Below are positions 9,617 to 19,417 of a stretch of 64,000 bases of DNA, piece by piece (the stretch's first letter is position 1; each line of letters begins with the position of its first letter). The DNA is from Bacillota bacterium (GTDB lineage: Bacteria > Bacillota_I > Bacilli_A > RFN20 > CAG-826). Under the pieces are notes generated by a model. The model saw only the letters and a list, made by a program, of their open reading frames with translations, had not been told where the DNA came from and did no database searches. Made by a program: the position numbers and the translations under genes. The stretch covers positions 216,813 to 280,812 of the forward strand of contig JAURFC010000001.1 of assembly GCA_030834445.1 (NCBI GenBank), read 5' to 3'.

Positions 9617-10506
9617 TCGTCGTGCGTTTTCAATCCTAAAAAGCGAGACCAAAAGGATTTTCGTGGTTGTAGTTTTTGAGGATCATCTAAGCAACTTTGA
9701 ATATCACGTTGCATATCTAACACCGAACGATAACGATCTAAAGGATTTTTTCGGCATGCTTTTAAAATAATTTTTTCAAGACTTTTCGGCGTGGTGGTTA
9801 CAAATTGACGGGGAGAAGGAAAGCGTTCTTTAATGTGCATCATGGCCACATTGATTTGATTATTACCTTCAAAGGGAACTCGACCCGTGATAAGTTCAAA
9901 AAATGTTATGCCTAGTGAATAAATATCACTTTTAAACGTGGGCGATTGTCCGTTTGTTACTTCTGGAGGTAAATAATGAACCGAGCCGATGATGACCTGA
10001 CTTTTTGTCACGCGTCGTGAATTTTCAAAAAATGCAATCCCAAAATCACCTAATTTAACGGTTTCATCAGGGGTTAAAAAAACATTATCTGGTTTAATAT
10101 CACGATGAATGACTAAGGCATTATGAGCAAATTGAACCGCTTCACAAAGTTCAACCATGATGTGACATGCTTGGTGAAAACTGTAACGTTTTTGTTCATC
10201 TAATTGGCCACGTAAGGTTTTACCTTTGACAAGTTCAGAAGCCATATAGGGCAAGTCGTGGTGGTAACCGATATTGACAACTTTGACAATATTGGGGTGG
10301 TTTAACGAAGCAGACGCTCTTGCTTCTCGTTCAAAACGAATTAAATTATCTTTGGATTTTAAAGCATTTTCTTTGATGATTTTTAAAGCAACTTCTTTTC
10401 CTGTAATAATATCTTCCGCTTGATAAACATAGGCAAAACCACCTTCACCTAATTCTTTAATGATGCGGTAGCGTTCATCGATAATTTCTTGTTCGCGAAT
10501 GATCAT
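9613..10506 (-). CDS. prkC: Hanks-type Ser/Thr protein kinase (PrkC/PknB ortholog by synteny, kinase domain only)
   Basis: LGEGGFA, VALK, HRDIKPDN, DFGIA, GSVHY, SDIYSLG; located between prpC and rsgA. Confidence 0.9.
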   Translation of the reverse strand: MIIREQEIIDERYRIIKELGEGGFAYVYQAEDIITGKEVALKIIKENALKSKDNLIRFEREARASASLNHPNIVKVVNIGYHHDLPYMASELVKGKTLRGQLDEQKRYSFHQACHIMVELCEAVQFAHNALVIHRDIKPDNVFLTPDETVKLGDFGIAFFENSRRVTKSQVIIGSVHYLPPEVTNGQSPTFKSDIYSLGITFFELITGRVPFEGNNQINVAMMHIKERFPSPRQFVTTTPKSLEKIILKACRKNPLDRYRSVLDMQRDIQSCLDDPQKLQPRKSFWSRFLGLKTHDE

Positions 10507-11243
10507 AGGGGTTCCCACATACCCACGGCAATATTATCTGTTCCACCATGAGCGTTGGCAAGGCGAATTAACGATTCTACTTTTTGTTGGGTTGGATCCG
10601 AACTTGCCATCAAAGACGCGATTTCAGTGAAGGAAACATTGTTGTAAAGTCCATCGGAACATACCATGAGACGTTGCCCTTCATACGGAACAACTTGTAA
10701 ATCATACGAAACAGTCGTGTTTAAACCTAACGCATTCAATAAAACATGTCGTTGGGGATGAATTTTCATTTCTTCAAGCGTAATTTTGCCTTGGCGATAT
10801 AAATAATCAACATACGTTTGATCTTGGGTTAAACACGCTAATTGTCCTTCATGAAAGCTATAAACACGAGAATCACCAATGTTTACAAGAATCAGTTGTT
10901 TGTGAACAATTAAGGCAATCACTAGCGTTGTTCCCATTTCTTTTAAGGATGAAGAACGTTGTGCTTCTTTATAAATCGCGCGATTGGCCTCAATTATTTG
11001 GGAGCGTAACCATAATGTTGCGGTTTTTGCCGTTAATAACCCCAGTGTCGATTGAAAACCTTTCGTTAACGATTGCATCGCTAATTTCGAGGCTAAATCG
11101 CCACGCGCATGCCCTCCCATGCCATCCGCCACGGCTAACAAAACATTGCGATGTTTATTCACACCGACAAACACTTGGTCTTCGTTGGAAACGCGAACGC
11201 GACCGACATCCGTTTTACCAAAAAAACTACCGTTGAGTTTCAT
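10503..11243 (-). CDS. prpC: PP2C-type Ser/Thr phosphatase (PrpC/Stp1)
   Basis: TDVGRVR..NED, VADGMGGH, MGTT, GDSR, CSDGL, GGTDN. Confidence 0.94.
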   Translation of the reverse strand: MKLNGSFFGKTDVGRVRVSNEDQVFVGVNKHRNVLLAVADGMGGHARGDLASKLAMQSLTKGFQSTLGLLTAKTATLWLRSQIIEANRAIYKEAQRSSSLKEMGTTLVIALIVHKQLILVNIGDSRVYSFHEGQLACLTQDQTYVDYLYRQGKITLEEMKIHPQRHVLLNALGLNTTVSYDLQVVPYEGQRLMVCSDGLYNNVSFTEIASLMASSDPTQQKVESLIRLANAHGGTDNIAVGMWEPL

Positions 11244-12249
11244 GTTGATGTTGGGCCCTTAACTGCCCACACGCTGATGCGATATCATGCCCTAGTTCCT
11301 TGCGAACGGTACAAAGTATTCCTCGTTGCATAAGGCGATCAAAAAAAGCAGAAATCGCCGCTTGACTAGGACGACGATAATCATTTTCCATTACGGCATT
11401 ATAAGGAATCAGATTGACATAACAATCGCGTTGACCGAGCAAGGTTGCTAAGGCATCTGCATGTTCTATTTGGTCGTTGAGGTCGGCAATTAAAATGTAT
11501 TCAAAGGTGATGCGACGTCCCGTTTTTGCCAAGTAAAAATCTACGGCGTCCATGAGTTTTTCAAGCGGAAAAGCTTGGTTGATTTTCATAATTTTTGTGC
11601 GTAATTCATTGGTCGGAGCATGTAAGGAAATCGCTAAATGAACAGGGAGTGCTTCTTGGGCAAATAAGCGAATTTTAGGAACGATCCCTGCCGTAGAAAT
11701 CGTGATGTTTTTAGGGGCAATCGCAAGACCATGAGGGTGCGTTAAAATTTGGGTAAACCGAATGACTTCATCATAATTATCAAAAGGTTCTCCCGTTCCC
11801 ATACAAACCACATGGGTGACATGGGAAGTCGAGGCTTCCTCTTGAAGCATCGCATCCATCATCTTCACTTGCATCATCATTTCGCCTGCTGTAATTTGCC
11901 GTTGACGTTTTAATAACCCTGAGGCACAAAAAGAACACCCAATGTTACAACCGACTTGAGTGGTCACACATACAATATTGCCAAAGCTATAGCGCATTAA
12001 CACCGTTTCAATCAAGTATCCATCCTCTAATTGAAAGAGAACTTTAATCGTTCCATCCTGGGAGACAAGTTTTGTATGAATCGAAAAGGTATCTTTTTTC
12101 AAGGTGTCTTGAAGTTTTTGTAAGGGTGCGGTTAAGGGTTGATCCTTATAAAGAAAGCGATAAAGGTCTTTGGCGTGAATGGCTTTTACACCATGGTCAA
12201 CAAGCCATTGTCCCGCATAAGAAAAGGTAAGATTATACACCTGCTGCAT
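11227..12249 (-). CDS. rlmN: 23S rRNA (adenine2503-C2)-methyltransferase, radical SAM
   Basis: CVTTQVGCNIGCSFCASG, MGTGEP, ISLHA, NLIPYN, ACGQL; start reassigned to MQQVY. Confidence 0.95.
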   Translation of the reverse strand: MQQVYNLTFSYAGQWLVDHGVKAIHAKDLYRFLYKDQPLTAPLQKLQDTLKKDTFSIHTKLVSQDGTIKVLFQLEDGYLIETVLMRYSFGNIVCVTTQVGCNIGCSFCASGLLKRQRQITAGEMMMQVKMMDAMLQEEASTSHVTHVVCMGTGEPFDNYDEVIRFTQILTHPHGLAIAPKNITISTAGIVPKIRLFAQEALPVHLAISLHAPTNELRTKIMKINQAFPLEKLMDAVDFYLAKTGRRITFEYILIADLNDQIEHADALATLLGQRDCYVNLIPYNAVMENDYRRPSQAAISAFFDRLMQRGILCTVRKELGHDIASACGQLRAQHQHETQR

Positions 12250-13519
12250 CGTTAACTTTTGCTTTCTTTTTACGGAGTGCTGCAACATAGAGTGCCGTCT
12301 TCCACGTATCAAACGGGAAATATTGTTTTTCAAAAACAAGGGTAAACTCAGGATGAGTTTCACAAAATTGCTTAATGAGCCAAGCTCCTTCTTTTTGATT
12401 CAAAGTATTAACCCCATAAAAAAGTAATCCACCTTGTTCAACAAAGGTTGAGGCATGATGTAACATCGTTGTTTGTTCATGGATTAAAGGATCTAATTCA
12501 TCTTGTTGAAATTGCACAAAGAAATCAGGCAGAGAGCGAATTAAATCAAATTTTGAACATTGTGGAACCACGAGTACCATATCTTGAGGTTGACTAATTT
12601 GCGTCACCATATTTTCTGCAGTACCTTCATAAACTGTAACCCATTGTAATCCGAATTCTTGAACGCCTTTTTGCATGGCTAATTTACGCTCAATCGAATT
12701 GGTCACCACATTAAGGGGAATCCGGCCTTGGGTTAAAATAGGAACTTCGAGGTAAAGTGCCTGTGGACGTGATTCTACAATCAAAAGCTGCCCATGGACA
12801 TTATCAAAATTAATTTGATTAATGATTTCCGTTACCGCAAGGCGTTGGGTGAACAATAAATGTTCTTGAAAAAACCGTTCTTTTTTCAAAGGGGTACGAC
12901 CTTCATAAATCACGGTGTGGGGAATCGGGCCCGGTGTTAAGGAAGGATACGTTTTTGTAAGTTCTTCCACCGTCGTTCGCTGGGTATTCACCCGGCATGC
13001 TTGCACAACAGGTTTATTATTTGCGTTCAATATTTTTAAGGTATTGGGAAAGCCAAAATGCTTGGTCCACATTTTAATGAGCCAGGCAGGAGTGTTAAAT
13101 TTAAGTTCTAAGTATTCCGGTGAATTCGGTTTTAATTCCGGATTAATGAGCGGACTCCCAGCTTGACTTGCTTCACAAAACGTTTCACTATCAAGTTCAC
13201 TCACATGGGCATTTTTTAAAAAGTGACGTAAAGCGTCAAAGATTATATTCGCTTCAATGCGCTTAATAAAAACATTGTTTCCAACGGCAATCATTAAATA
13301 AAGTTTTTCTTCAATCGTTAACATCGGAAAATAACGATCCACATGATGAAATAACAAGCGATAATGATGGAGCGTACAACTAGAAAGCGAACGCACTAAC
13401 GATAACTGTGAGCTTGCAAGATTTTCGGACGAAAAAACTTCAGTTAGGGCATCCGAAAAAGGTCGTTTTTCAAAAACGATCTTTTCTAAAACTTTACGTG
13501 TTAATACTAACTCCAACAT
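12233..13519 (-). CDS. rsmB: RsmB/Sun-like protein with NusB-like N-domain and degenerate m5C-MTase motifs
   Basis: Canonical position before rlmN; PAWL, RVN, PQCS; motifs I and VI are altered. Confidence 0.7.
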   Translation of the reverse strand: MLELVLTRKVLEKIVFEKRPFSDALTEVFSSENLASSQLSLVRSLSSCTLHHYRLLFHHVDRYFPMLTIEEKLYLMIAVGNNVFIKRIEANIIFDALRHFLKNAHVSELDSETFCEASQAGSPLINPELKPNSPEYLELKFNTPAWLIKMWTKHFGFPNTLKILNANNKPVVQACRVNTQRTTVEELTKTYPSLTPGPIPHTVIYEGRTPLKKERFFQEHLLFTQRLAVTEIINQINFDNVHGQLLIVESRPQALYLEVPILTQGRIPLNVVTNSIERKLAMQKGVQEFGLQWVTVYEGTAENMVTQISQPQDMVLVVPQCSKFDLIRSLPDFFVQFQQDELDPLIHEQTTMLHHASTFVEQGGLLFYGVNTLNQKEGAWLIKQFCETHPEFTLVFEKQYFPFDTWKTALYVAALRKKKAKVNDAAGV

Positions 13520-13521
13520 GA

Positions 13522-14004
13522 TTAATGTTTGGCCTCGTCCTCATCATCAGAAAATGGATTTTTCACCTTTTCCTGTTCATCGAACTGGTCTTGATGTTTC
13601 TCAAATGCATTGCCTAAAAAGATATCTTGGGGAATGATATTTTCTTCATTTTCTTCATTGTTTTCCGAAACATAAAGTGGATAATCTTCATGTTTCTCTA
13701 AGCGTAGTGCGGTCGATGGGAGCGGTAAGGTAATAAACTGCACATGAATAGTGTCTTCCTTTAAGGCATCAAGAATCATGGTTTGTAAAGATGTCGCAAA
13801 GGAAATAAGTGCTTCTTCTAAATAAAGTTTGACGACGACAATCCACGTATTTTGATCAACACCATCGTAATAAAGTGAGGATTCGGAACCAGAAAATAAA
13901 ATCGGATAGGATTGAAAGGCTGCATTCTTTTGAATTTTGGGTTGAACCAAACGACTCACTTCACCCACACGATATGCATCCATTCCGATTAATTCAATCA
14001 ACAT
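13522..14004 (-). CDS. Hypothetical protein, possibly DUF1904/tautomerase-like fold with acidic tail
   Basis: GAGG RBS; remote resemblance by eye only. Confidence 0.6.
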   Translation of the reverse strand: MLIELIGMDAYRVGEVSRLVQPKIQKNAAFQSYPILFSGSESSLYYDGVDQNTWIVVVKLYLEEALISFATSLQTMILDALKEDTIHVQFITLPLPSTALRLEKHEDYPLYVSENNEENEENIIPQDIFLGNAFEKHQDQFDEQEKVKNPFSDDEDEAKH

Positions 14005-14065
14005 AATTCGACCTCGATTCTTTTATATTTTAAGGGAAAACAATAAAAAATGATATGATTTTATC

Positions 14066-16267
14066 TCATACATCATAGGGATCTAAATTAAGATGAAAAC
14101 GCAGATTTCGCTTACTTTGCAGCAAGGTGTAAACGTCTTTAATCACTGCGGTCATTGCTGCTTTATCTTTATACTTCAATAACAAACGTCGACGATAAAA
14201 AGGACCCCGTTTTTCTGGGTAGGGAATATTCGGTCCTATCAAATGATCTTCTCGTGGTATTTTTTCGTGTAAATAGTCTACGAGTTGAAACATCGTTTCC
14301 GTTAGCAGTACTTCGTCTTGGGCCTCAATTTCGAGTAATGTCAAAAACGTATAGGGAGGATACTGGGTCGCCCGTCGAGAGGCCATTTCTTCACGATAAA
14401 ATGACGCATAATCTTGATGCGATCCTGTTTGAATAACGTAATGCTGAGGATGATACGTTTGAATCATCGCCAATCCATCTTTATCCCCACGACCCGTGCG
14501 TCCGACCACTTGCGATAAAAGTTGAAAGGTTCGTTCGGTCGCACGATAACTTGGAATATTCAGTCCCATATCTGCGAGTAACACCCCAACCAAAGTAACG
14601 TTGGGAAAATCATGCCCTTTTGCAACCATTTGTGTTCCCAATAAAATGTCAGCTTGTCCTTCTTGAAATTGCCGTAACGACGCCAAGGTTTTTTCCCGAA
14701 TTTGATTACTATCTGAGTCTAATCGAATGACGCGAGCATCAGGATATAACGCATGTAAATGTTCTTCGACTTTTTCCACCCCAAATCCTTGATGCATGAG
14801 TTGATGACTTTGACACTCTGGGCATGTTTTTGGTTGAAAGGCACGATAGTCACAGTAATGACATTTTAAAAGTTTGGCGTGGTCGTGATAGGCTAACGGA
14901 ATCTCACAATGAGGACAAATAAAGCGATACCCACAACTTCGACACATGATGCTCGTCGAATATCCCCGACGATTCACGAGTAAAATAACTTGTTCTTTGC
15001 GCGATAAAACGTCTTGAATGGCATGATGAAGTGGAAGGGTAAACATCGATGCTTCCGGTAATAATAACTCAGTTTGATTTAAATCGATTATGACAGTTTT
15101 TGGTGGGGCTTTTTCATTCACTCGATGGGGTAATTCAAAATGACCGTAAACCCTTTTCTCGGCGCGAGCTTTGGTTTCAAGGGAGGGGGTTGCTGATCCA
15201 AGAATGAGTTTTGCGTGATGATAATGCGTTCGCCAAATGGCAACATCACGGGCATGATACGAAGGCGAAGAATCTTGTTTATACGTTTCTGAATGTTCTT
15301 CATCTAAGACGATGAGACCAAGATGATCTAAAGGTGCAAAGATGGCAGAGCGTGCCCCGACAACAATGCGTGCTTGATGTGAAAGGATGCGCCGGTATTC
15401 ATCATACTTTTCTGCAGGCGTTAATTCTGAATGAAGTAAGGCGACTTCCTCACCAAAGCGATTGAGAAGATAACTCATCATCACTGGTGTTAATGCAATT
15501 TCCGGAACAAGCAATAAGACAGATTTGCCTTGCGTTAAATAATGTTCACAAAGCGCTAAATAAACTTCGGTCTTTCCACTCCCCGTGACACCATGAAGTA
15601 AAGAAATCGGATTCTTTTCATTTAAAATGTTTTTTACAATTTTATTTTGTTGTTCCGTTAAAACGGGTTTAGCTAAGGTTTCTAAGTGGCTAAGACGCGT
15701 CCTTCGTTTTTCAACTCGTTCAATTCGAATCGCTTGCTTTTGTAATAACAATTGGACGATTCGTTTGTTTTTAACCGATGTTTTTTTAACACCAAGCGGA
15801 ACATTTAATTGAACGTAAAGCTCATATTCTTTCGGTTCTAAGGAATCTTTTAATGCTTCCATAGGATTGATGAAATATCGTTCTTCATAGGCAATTTTGG
15901 GCGCTTTTAAACTACTTCGGGATGGTTTTAATGACTTTGGTAACATCGTTTGTAAAAACGAAATTAACGGCGTTTGCTGCTCCGCGGTTAACGCTTCTGC
16001 AAGGGCCATGAGTTCCGTATTGATAATGGGTTGATCATCAATTACTTCACGAATCATTTCAAGCGTATAACCAGGAGGTGTTAAGCGCGGATCATCTTCA
16101 TTGACTTCAATGATGCTCATCACAAAACCAATCAATGTTTGTTGATGAAAAGGAATGATCACACGCATCCCTTTTTGTAAGGATTTTGAACCCGCGTATC
16201 GATACGTGAAAGGGCGACTTAATTGTGGATTTCGGTGTTCAATGAGGACGTCAACAAGGGCAATCAT
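14066..16267 (-). CDS. priA: Primosomal protein N' (replication restart helicase)
   Basis: GVTGSGKTEVY, DEEH, SATPS, Cys-rich region, GTQMVAKGHDF, QVVGRTGR. Confidence 0.97.
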   Translation of the reverse strand: MIALVDVLIEHRNPQLSRPFTYRYAGSKSLQKGMRVIIPFHQQTLIGFVMSIIEVNEDDPRLTPPGYTLEMIREVIDDQPIINTELMALAEALTAEQQTPLISFLQTMLPKSLKPSRSSLKAPKIAYEERYFINPMEALKDSLEPKEYELYVQLNVPLGVKKTSVKNKRIVQLLLQKQAIRIERVEKRRTRLSHLETLAKPVLTEQQNKIVKNILNEKNPISLLHGVTGSGKTEVYLALCEHYLTQGKSVLLLVPEIALTPVMMSYLLNRFGEEVALLHSELTPAEKYDEYRRILSHQARIVVGARSAIFAPLDHLGLIVLDEEHSETYKQDSSPSYHARDVAIWRTHYHHAKLILGSATPSLETKARAEKRVYGHFELPHRVNEKAPPKTVIIDLNQTELLLPEASMFTLPLHHAIQDVLSRKEQVILLVNRRGYSTSIMCRSCGYRFICPHCEIPLAYHDHAKLLKCHYCDYRAFQPKTCPECQSHQLMHQGFGVEKVEEHLHALYPDARVIRLDSDSNQIREKTLASLRQFQEGQADILLGTQMVAKGHDFPNVTLVGVLLADMGLNIPSYRATERTFQLLSQVVGRTGRGDKDGLAMIQTYHPQHYVIQTGSHQDYASFYREEMASRRATQYPPYTFLTLLEIEAQDEVLLTETMFQLVDYLHEKIPREDHLIGPNIPYPEKRGPFYRRRLLLKYKDKAAMTAVIKDVYTLLQSKRNLRFHLNLDPYDV

Positions 16268-16848
16268 ACGCCTTTATTCATCGTCATTCGATGCGCGATG
16301 ATATGGATGATTTCATCCACGGCTCGGTCGACTTGGTCATTGACCACCACATATTGATAATTTTTATAAAGTGACATTTCTCGATGTGCTTTTTCTAAAC
16401 GTTTTTGAATAATGTCTTCGGTTTCGGTTTGTCGCTTACGAATTCGGTCTTCTAAGTCACGGAAGGAAGGTGGCATTAAAAAGATGGTAATAAGATCTTG
16501 GGCTTGATATTGAGAAATCACTTGTGAAGCCCCTTCAATTTCAATTTCTAAAAAAACGTTCTTCCCTTCATTGCGTAATTTTTCTACGTAAGTCTTTGGT
16601 GTACCATAACGGTTACCGACAAATTCAGCCCATTCAATGAGCGCATCGTGATCAATCGCTTCTTGAAATGTTTCTTTATTAACAAAAAAATAATCAACGC
16701 CTTCGACCTCATGGATACGCTTTTCCCGTGTGGTCATTGAAACCGAATAGGCAAGGGATAAAGACGCTTCCTGCATAATACGTTTGCGGATCGTTCCTTT
16801 ACCGACACCCGAAGGGCCACTGAGTATGACAATCATTCCACGATTCAT
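16264..16848 (-). CDS. gmk: Guanylate kinase
   Basis: SGPSGVGKGT, SMTTR, GVDYFF, YGTP. Confidence 0.97.
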   Translation of the reverse strand: MNRGMIVILSGPSGVGKGTIRKRIMQEASLSLAYSVSMTTREKRIHEVEGVDYFFVNKETFQEAIDHDALIEWAEFVGNRYGTPKTYVEKLRNEGKNVFLEIEIEGASQVISQYQAQDLITIFLMPPSFRDLEDRIRKRQTETEDIIQKRLEKAHREMSLYKNYQYVVVNDQVDRAVDEIIHIIAHRMTMNKGV

Positions 16849-16922
16849 AATATAAAGAAAATTATGAAATTAATTTCAAAAATTGTCAATAAAGACACGA
16901 TTAATGCTATAGTTTTAACACG

Positions 16923-18173
16923 ATGAACGCTGAAAATATTGCTGCATTCGTACCCCTGAAAATTCACCATATTTTCAAACTATCACATCATATTTTGGTT
17001 ACCTTTGAATCAACACCATACGTGTGGTTTATTGATTTTGAAAATGCATCTCCGCAATGGTATATTGTCCATCCCCTTCACCGTCTCCACAGCTTCGGAC
17101 TTGAAGATCATGGCCTGAATCATTACTTAAAAGATGGTGTGATTAACCATATTCAAGTGGCGGGTGATCACCTTTTTTTATCCATTCAAACAAAGGGATT
17201 TGGTCTCATGCAACTTGTCATCTCCTTACGAAAAGCCCGCCCGCGATTTCATTTAAAAACCGAAATGAAAACGTGGTTATCATCCCATCAGGAAGAAAAT
17301 GAAATTCATGCCAAATCGATTTGTCCCATCAACTCCGATGTCCATGCTTTTGAACATCGTTTCTTTCAATTACTGATGGAACCTCTTCAAAAAATCATTA
17401 CCAAACAACTCACAACCAAGAAACGTAAAGATGAACACTATGAAAAAGATGCTCAAAATCATCAATCCATGACAAGGTATCAAACCCTTGTGGATGACTT
17501 AATGATGCAGCAAGCCTTGGATGTTGATTATTTCCGTAACACGTATGGAGCATTGCTTGATTTTGAACACCTTACCTTTGGGGAATGCGTCAACATCTGT
17601 TATAAAAAAATCAAAAAAGCAAAACAAGGTTTGATGACGTTACACGAGCAACGCCAAAACAATCAACAAGAGATCATTGAACTAGAAGCTTTACTTCAAC
17701 GATTCGATGAACCCGGCTTCGAACAATATACGTTTTTAAAAGAGGCGTTGATTGCAAAACGCCAGCTCTTACAAGCCCCCAGAAAAATCGTTCAAGCGCG
17801 TGCAGAATCTCCCTATCAAATCACCTATAAAGATTGGAAAGTAAGTTTTGGAAAAAATCAAAAACAAAATGATTACTTAACGTTTCACTATGCGAAAAAA
17901 AATGAAGTTTTAATTCACTTAGAAGGTTATCCAAGTCATCATATTATTTTGCATCAAACTCAGTTTGAACCTGATGCGATTCGCTTTGCAGGTGAATTAC
18001 TACTTCATCTTAATCAACGATTAGAAGCCCCGATTGTCTTTGCAAAAGTCGGATCACTCAAGCAAACCAAGATTCTTGGTCAGGTGATTATAAAAGATAA
18101 AAAAACCATGATGGTCAAACAAAGCTATCAATATCCATTTGAAGCGCTATTAAAGAACGCGATTCGTATTTAA
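16923..18173 (+). CDS. Divergent NFACT-family protein (RqcH/FbpA-like)
   Basis: Coiled-coil middle region; C-terminal NFACT-R-like GKNQKQNDYLT..H..GYPSHHII; divergent from gmk. Confidence 0.7.
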   Translation: MNAENIAAFVPLKIHHIFKLSHHILVTFESTPYVWFIDFENASPQWYIVHPLHRLHSFGLEDHGLNHYLKDGVINHIQVAGDHLFLSIQTKGFGLMQLVISLRKARPRFHLKTEMKTWLSSHQEENEIHAKSICPINSDVHAFEHRFFQLLMEPLQKIITKQLTTKKRKDEHYEKDAQNHQSMTRYQTLVDDLMMQQALDVDYFRNTYGALLDFEHLTFGECVNICYKKIKKAKQGLMTLHEQRQNNQQEIIELEALLQRFDEPGFEQYTFLKEALIAKRQLLQAPRKIVQARAESPYQITYKDWKVSFGKNQKQNDYLTFHYAKKNEVLIHLEGYPSHHIILHQTQFEPDAIRFAGELLLHLNQRLEAPIVFAKVGSLKQTKILGQVIIKDKKTMMVKQSYQYPFEALLKNAIRI

Positions 18174-18691
18174 CCTTTCAGTTTCTTTTCTAAAAAGTCG
18201 TCGCCTTTGATGACTTCTTTAGTTGCAAGCCCGTGAAAAGCTTGTTGCCGTAATAATTCATACACCACAAGACTGACGGTATTACTGACATTTAAACTTC
18301 GTGCCGATGCTACCATAGGAATTCGGAATAATCTGGCGCGATGTTCGTTCATGATGGATGCATCAATCCCTGAAGATTCAGCCCCAAACATGATGTAATA
18401 ATCGTGATGAGGTTGAGTGGCATCGATTTCGGTGTATAAGCGATCCCCGTAACGCGTTAAACAATATACCTCGGGATGACGATTTTCTTTCATAAACGCG
18501 TCATAGGAATCGTAATAATGATATTGTAGCTGTTCGATATAATCTAAACCTGTTCGTTTGATGGTTTGATCATTAATGGAAAACGTTAAAGGTCCAATAA
18601 TATGTAAATGACCGCCGATGGCAACGGTGGTTCGCATAATATTCCCTGTATTTTGTGGTTTTTCAGGATGATACAAAACCAAATGAATCAT
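18170..18691 (-). CDS. trmL: tRNA (cytidine34-2'-O)-methyltransferase
   Basis: LYHPEKPQNTGNI, GLDY, FGAESSG, RIPM, RSLNVSN. Confidence 0.93.
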   Translation of the reverse strand: MIHLVLYHPEKPQNTGNIMRTTVAIGGHLHIIGPLTFSINDQTIKRTGLDYIEQLQYHYYDSYDAFMKENRHPEVYCLTRYGDRLYTEIDATQPHHDYYIMFGAESSGIDASIMNEHRARLFRIPMVASARSLNVSNTVSLVVYELLRQQAFHGLATKEVIKGDDFLEKKLKG

Positions 18692-19218
18692 GATTCAAAA
18701 TGATCGGAATAGGAACTAAGACTATTTTTAATAATATGAATGGCAACATCTTTTCCTTCAACTTGTGAGACAAAGGTATCTTTACCTTCTAACATCTTAT
18801 ACACTTGGAAAAAATGACGCATTTCATTAAACATGTGATCAGGAATATCTGTCATATCTTTATAAGAACTATAAATCGGATCAGAAATGGCGATTGCTAT
18901 AATTTTTTCATCAACCGTACCATTATCAATCATCTTAAAGACACCTATCGGATAACATTCAACAAGCGCTAATGGTTGAATGGATTCAGAGCATAACACT
19001 AAAACATCCAAAGGATCTAAATCACCGGCATACGTTTTTGGAATAAAACCATAATTTTGCGGGTAGTGTGTGGACGTGTATAAAACGCGATCTAAGATTA
19101 ATGCGCCTGTTTCTTTATCAAGCTCATATTTATTTTTACTCCCTTTCGAAATTTCAATACAGGCTAAGAATTTTTCCGGAGTAATTCGTTTACGTGATAC
19201 ATCATGCCATAAGTTCAT
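18688..19218 (-). CDS. ppa: Family I inorganic pyrophosphatase
   Basis: IEISKGSKNKYE, YPQNYGFIP, DLDPLD, DEKII, FFQVYK. Confidence 0.95.
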   Translation of the reverse strand: MNLWHDVSRKRITPEKFLACIEISKGSKNKYELDKETGALILDRVLYTSTHYPQNYGFIPKTYAGDLDPLDVLVLCSESIQPLALVECYPIGVFKMIDNGTVDEKIIAIAISDPIYSSYKDMTDIPDHMFNEMRHFFQVYKMLEGKDTFVSQVEGKDVAIHIIKNSLSSYSDHFES

Positions 19219-19372
19219 AGGGTTACCTCTTCATCATTATAAAAGATATTTCTTTTTTTCTACGGGAAATGCTACGGTTTCATAGGATTCAACCTGAATC
19301 ATCTCGCCATTTTACTTTTTTTCATTCATTCTTTTTCTTAAGGGATACTGATAAAAAAGGATGAAAATAAGC

Positions 19373-19417
19373 TATACTGGAATGTTAGAGTTCACCCTCT
19401 AACATGGAGGGTCTATG
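19373..19417 (+). promoter_or_regulatory. -10 box and leader with alternative hairpins over the SD of the nucleoside kinase gene
   Basis: TATACT 19373-78; ATGTTAGAG/CTCTAACAT competes with ACCCTCT/GGAGGGT. Confidence 0.45.

Noticed and set aside
19237-19302. Small minus-strand ORF MIQVESYETVAFPVEKKKYLL upstream of ppa
   Set aside because: No convincing RBS, and it overlaps the likely ppa promoter (TATAAT)
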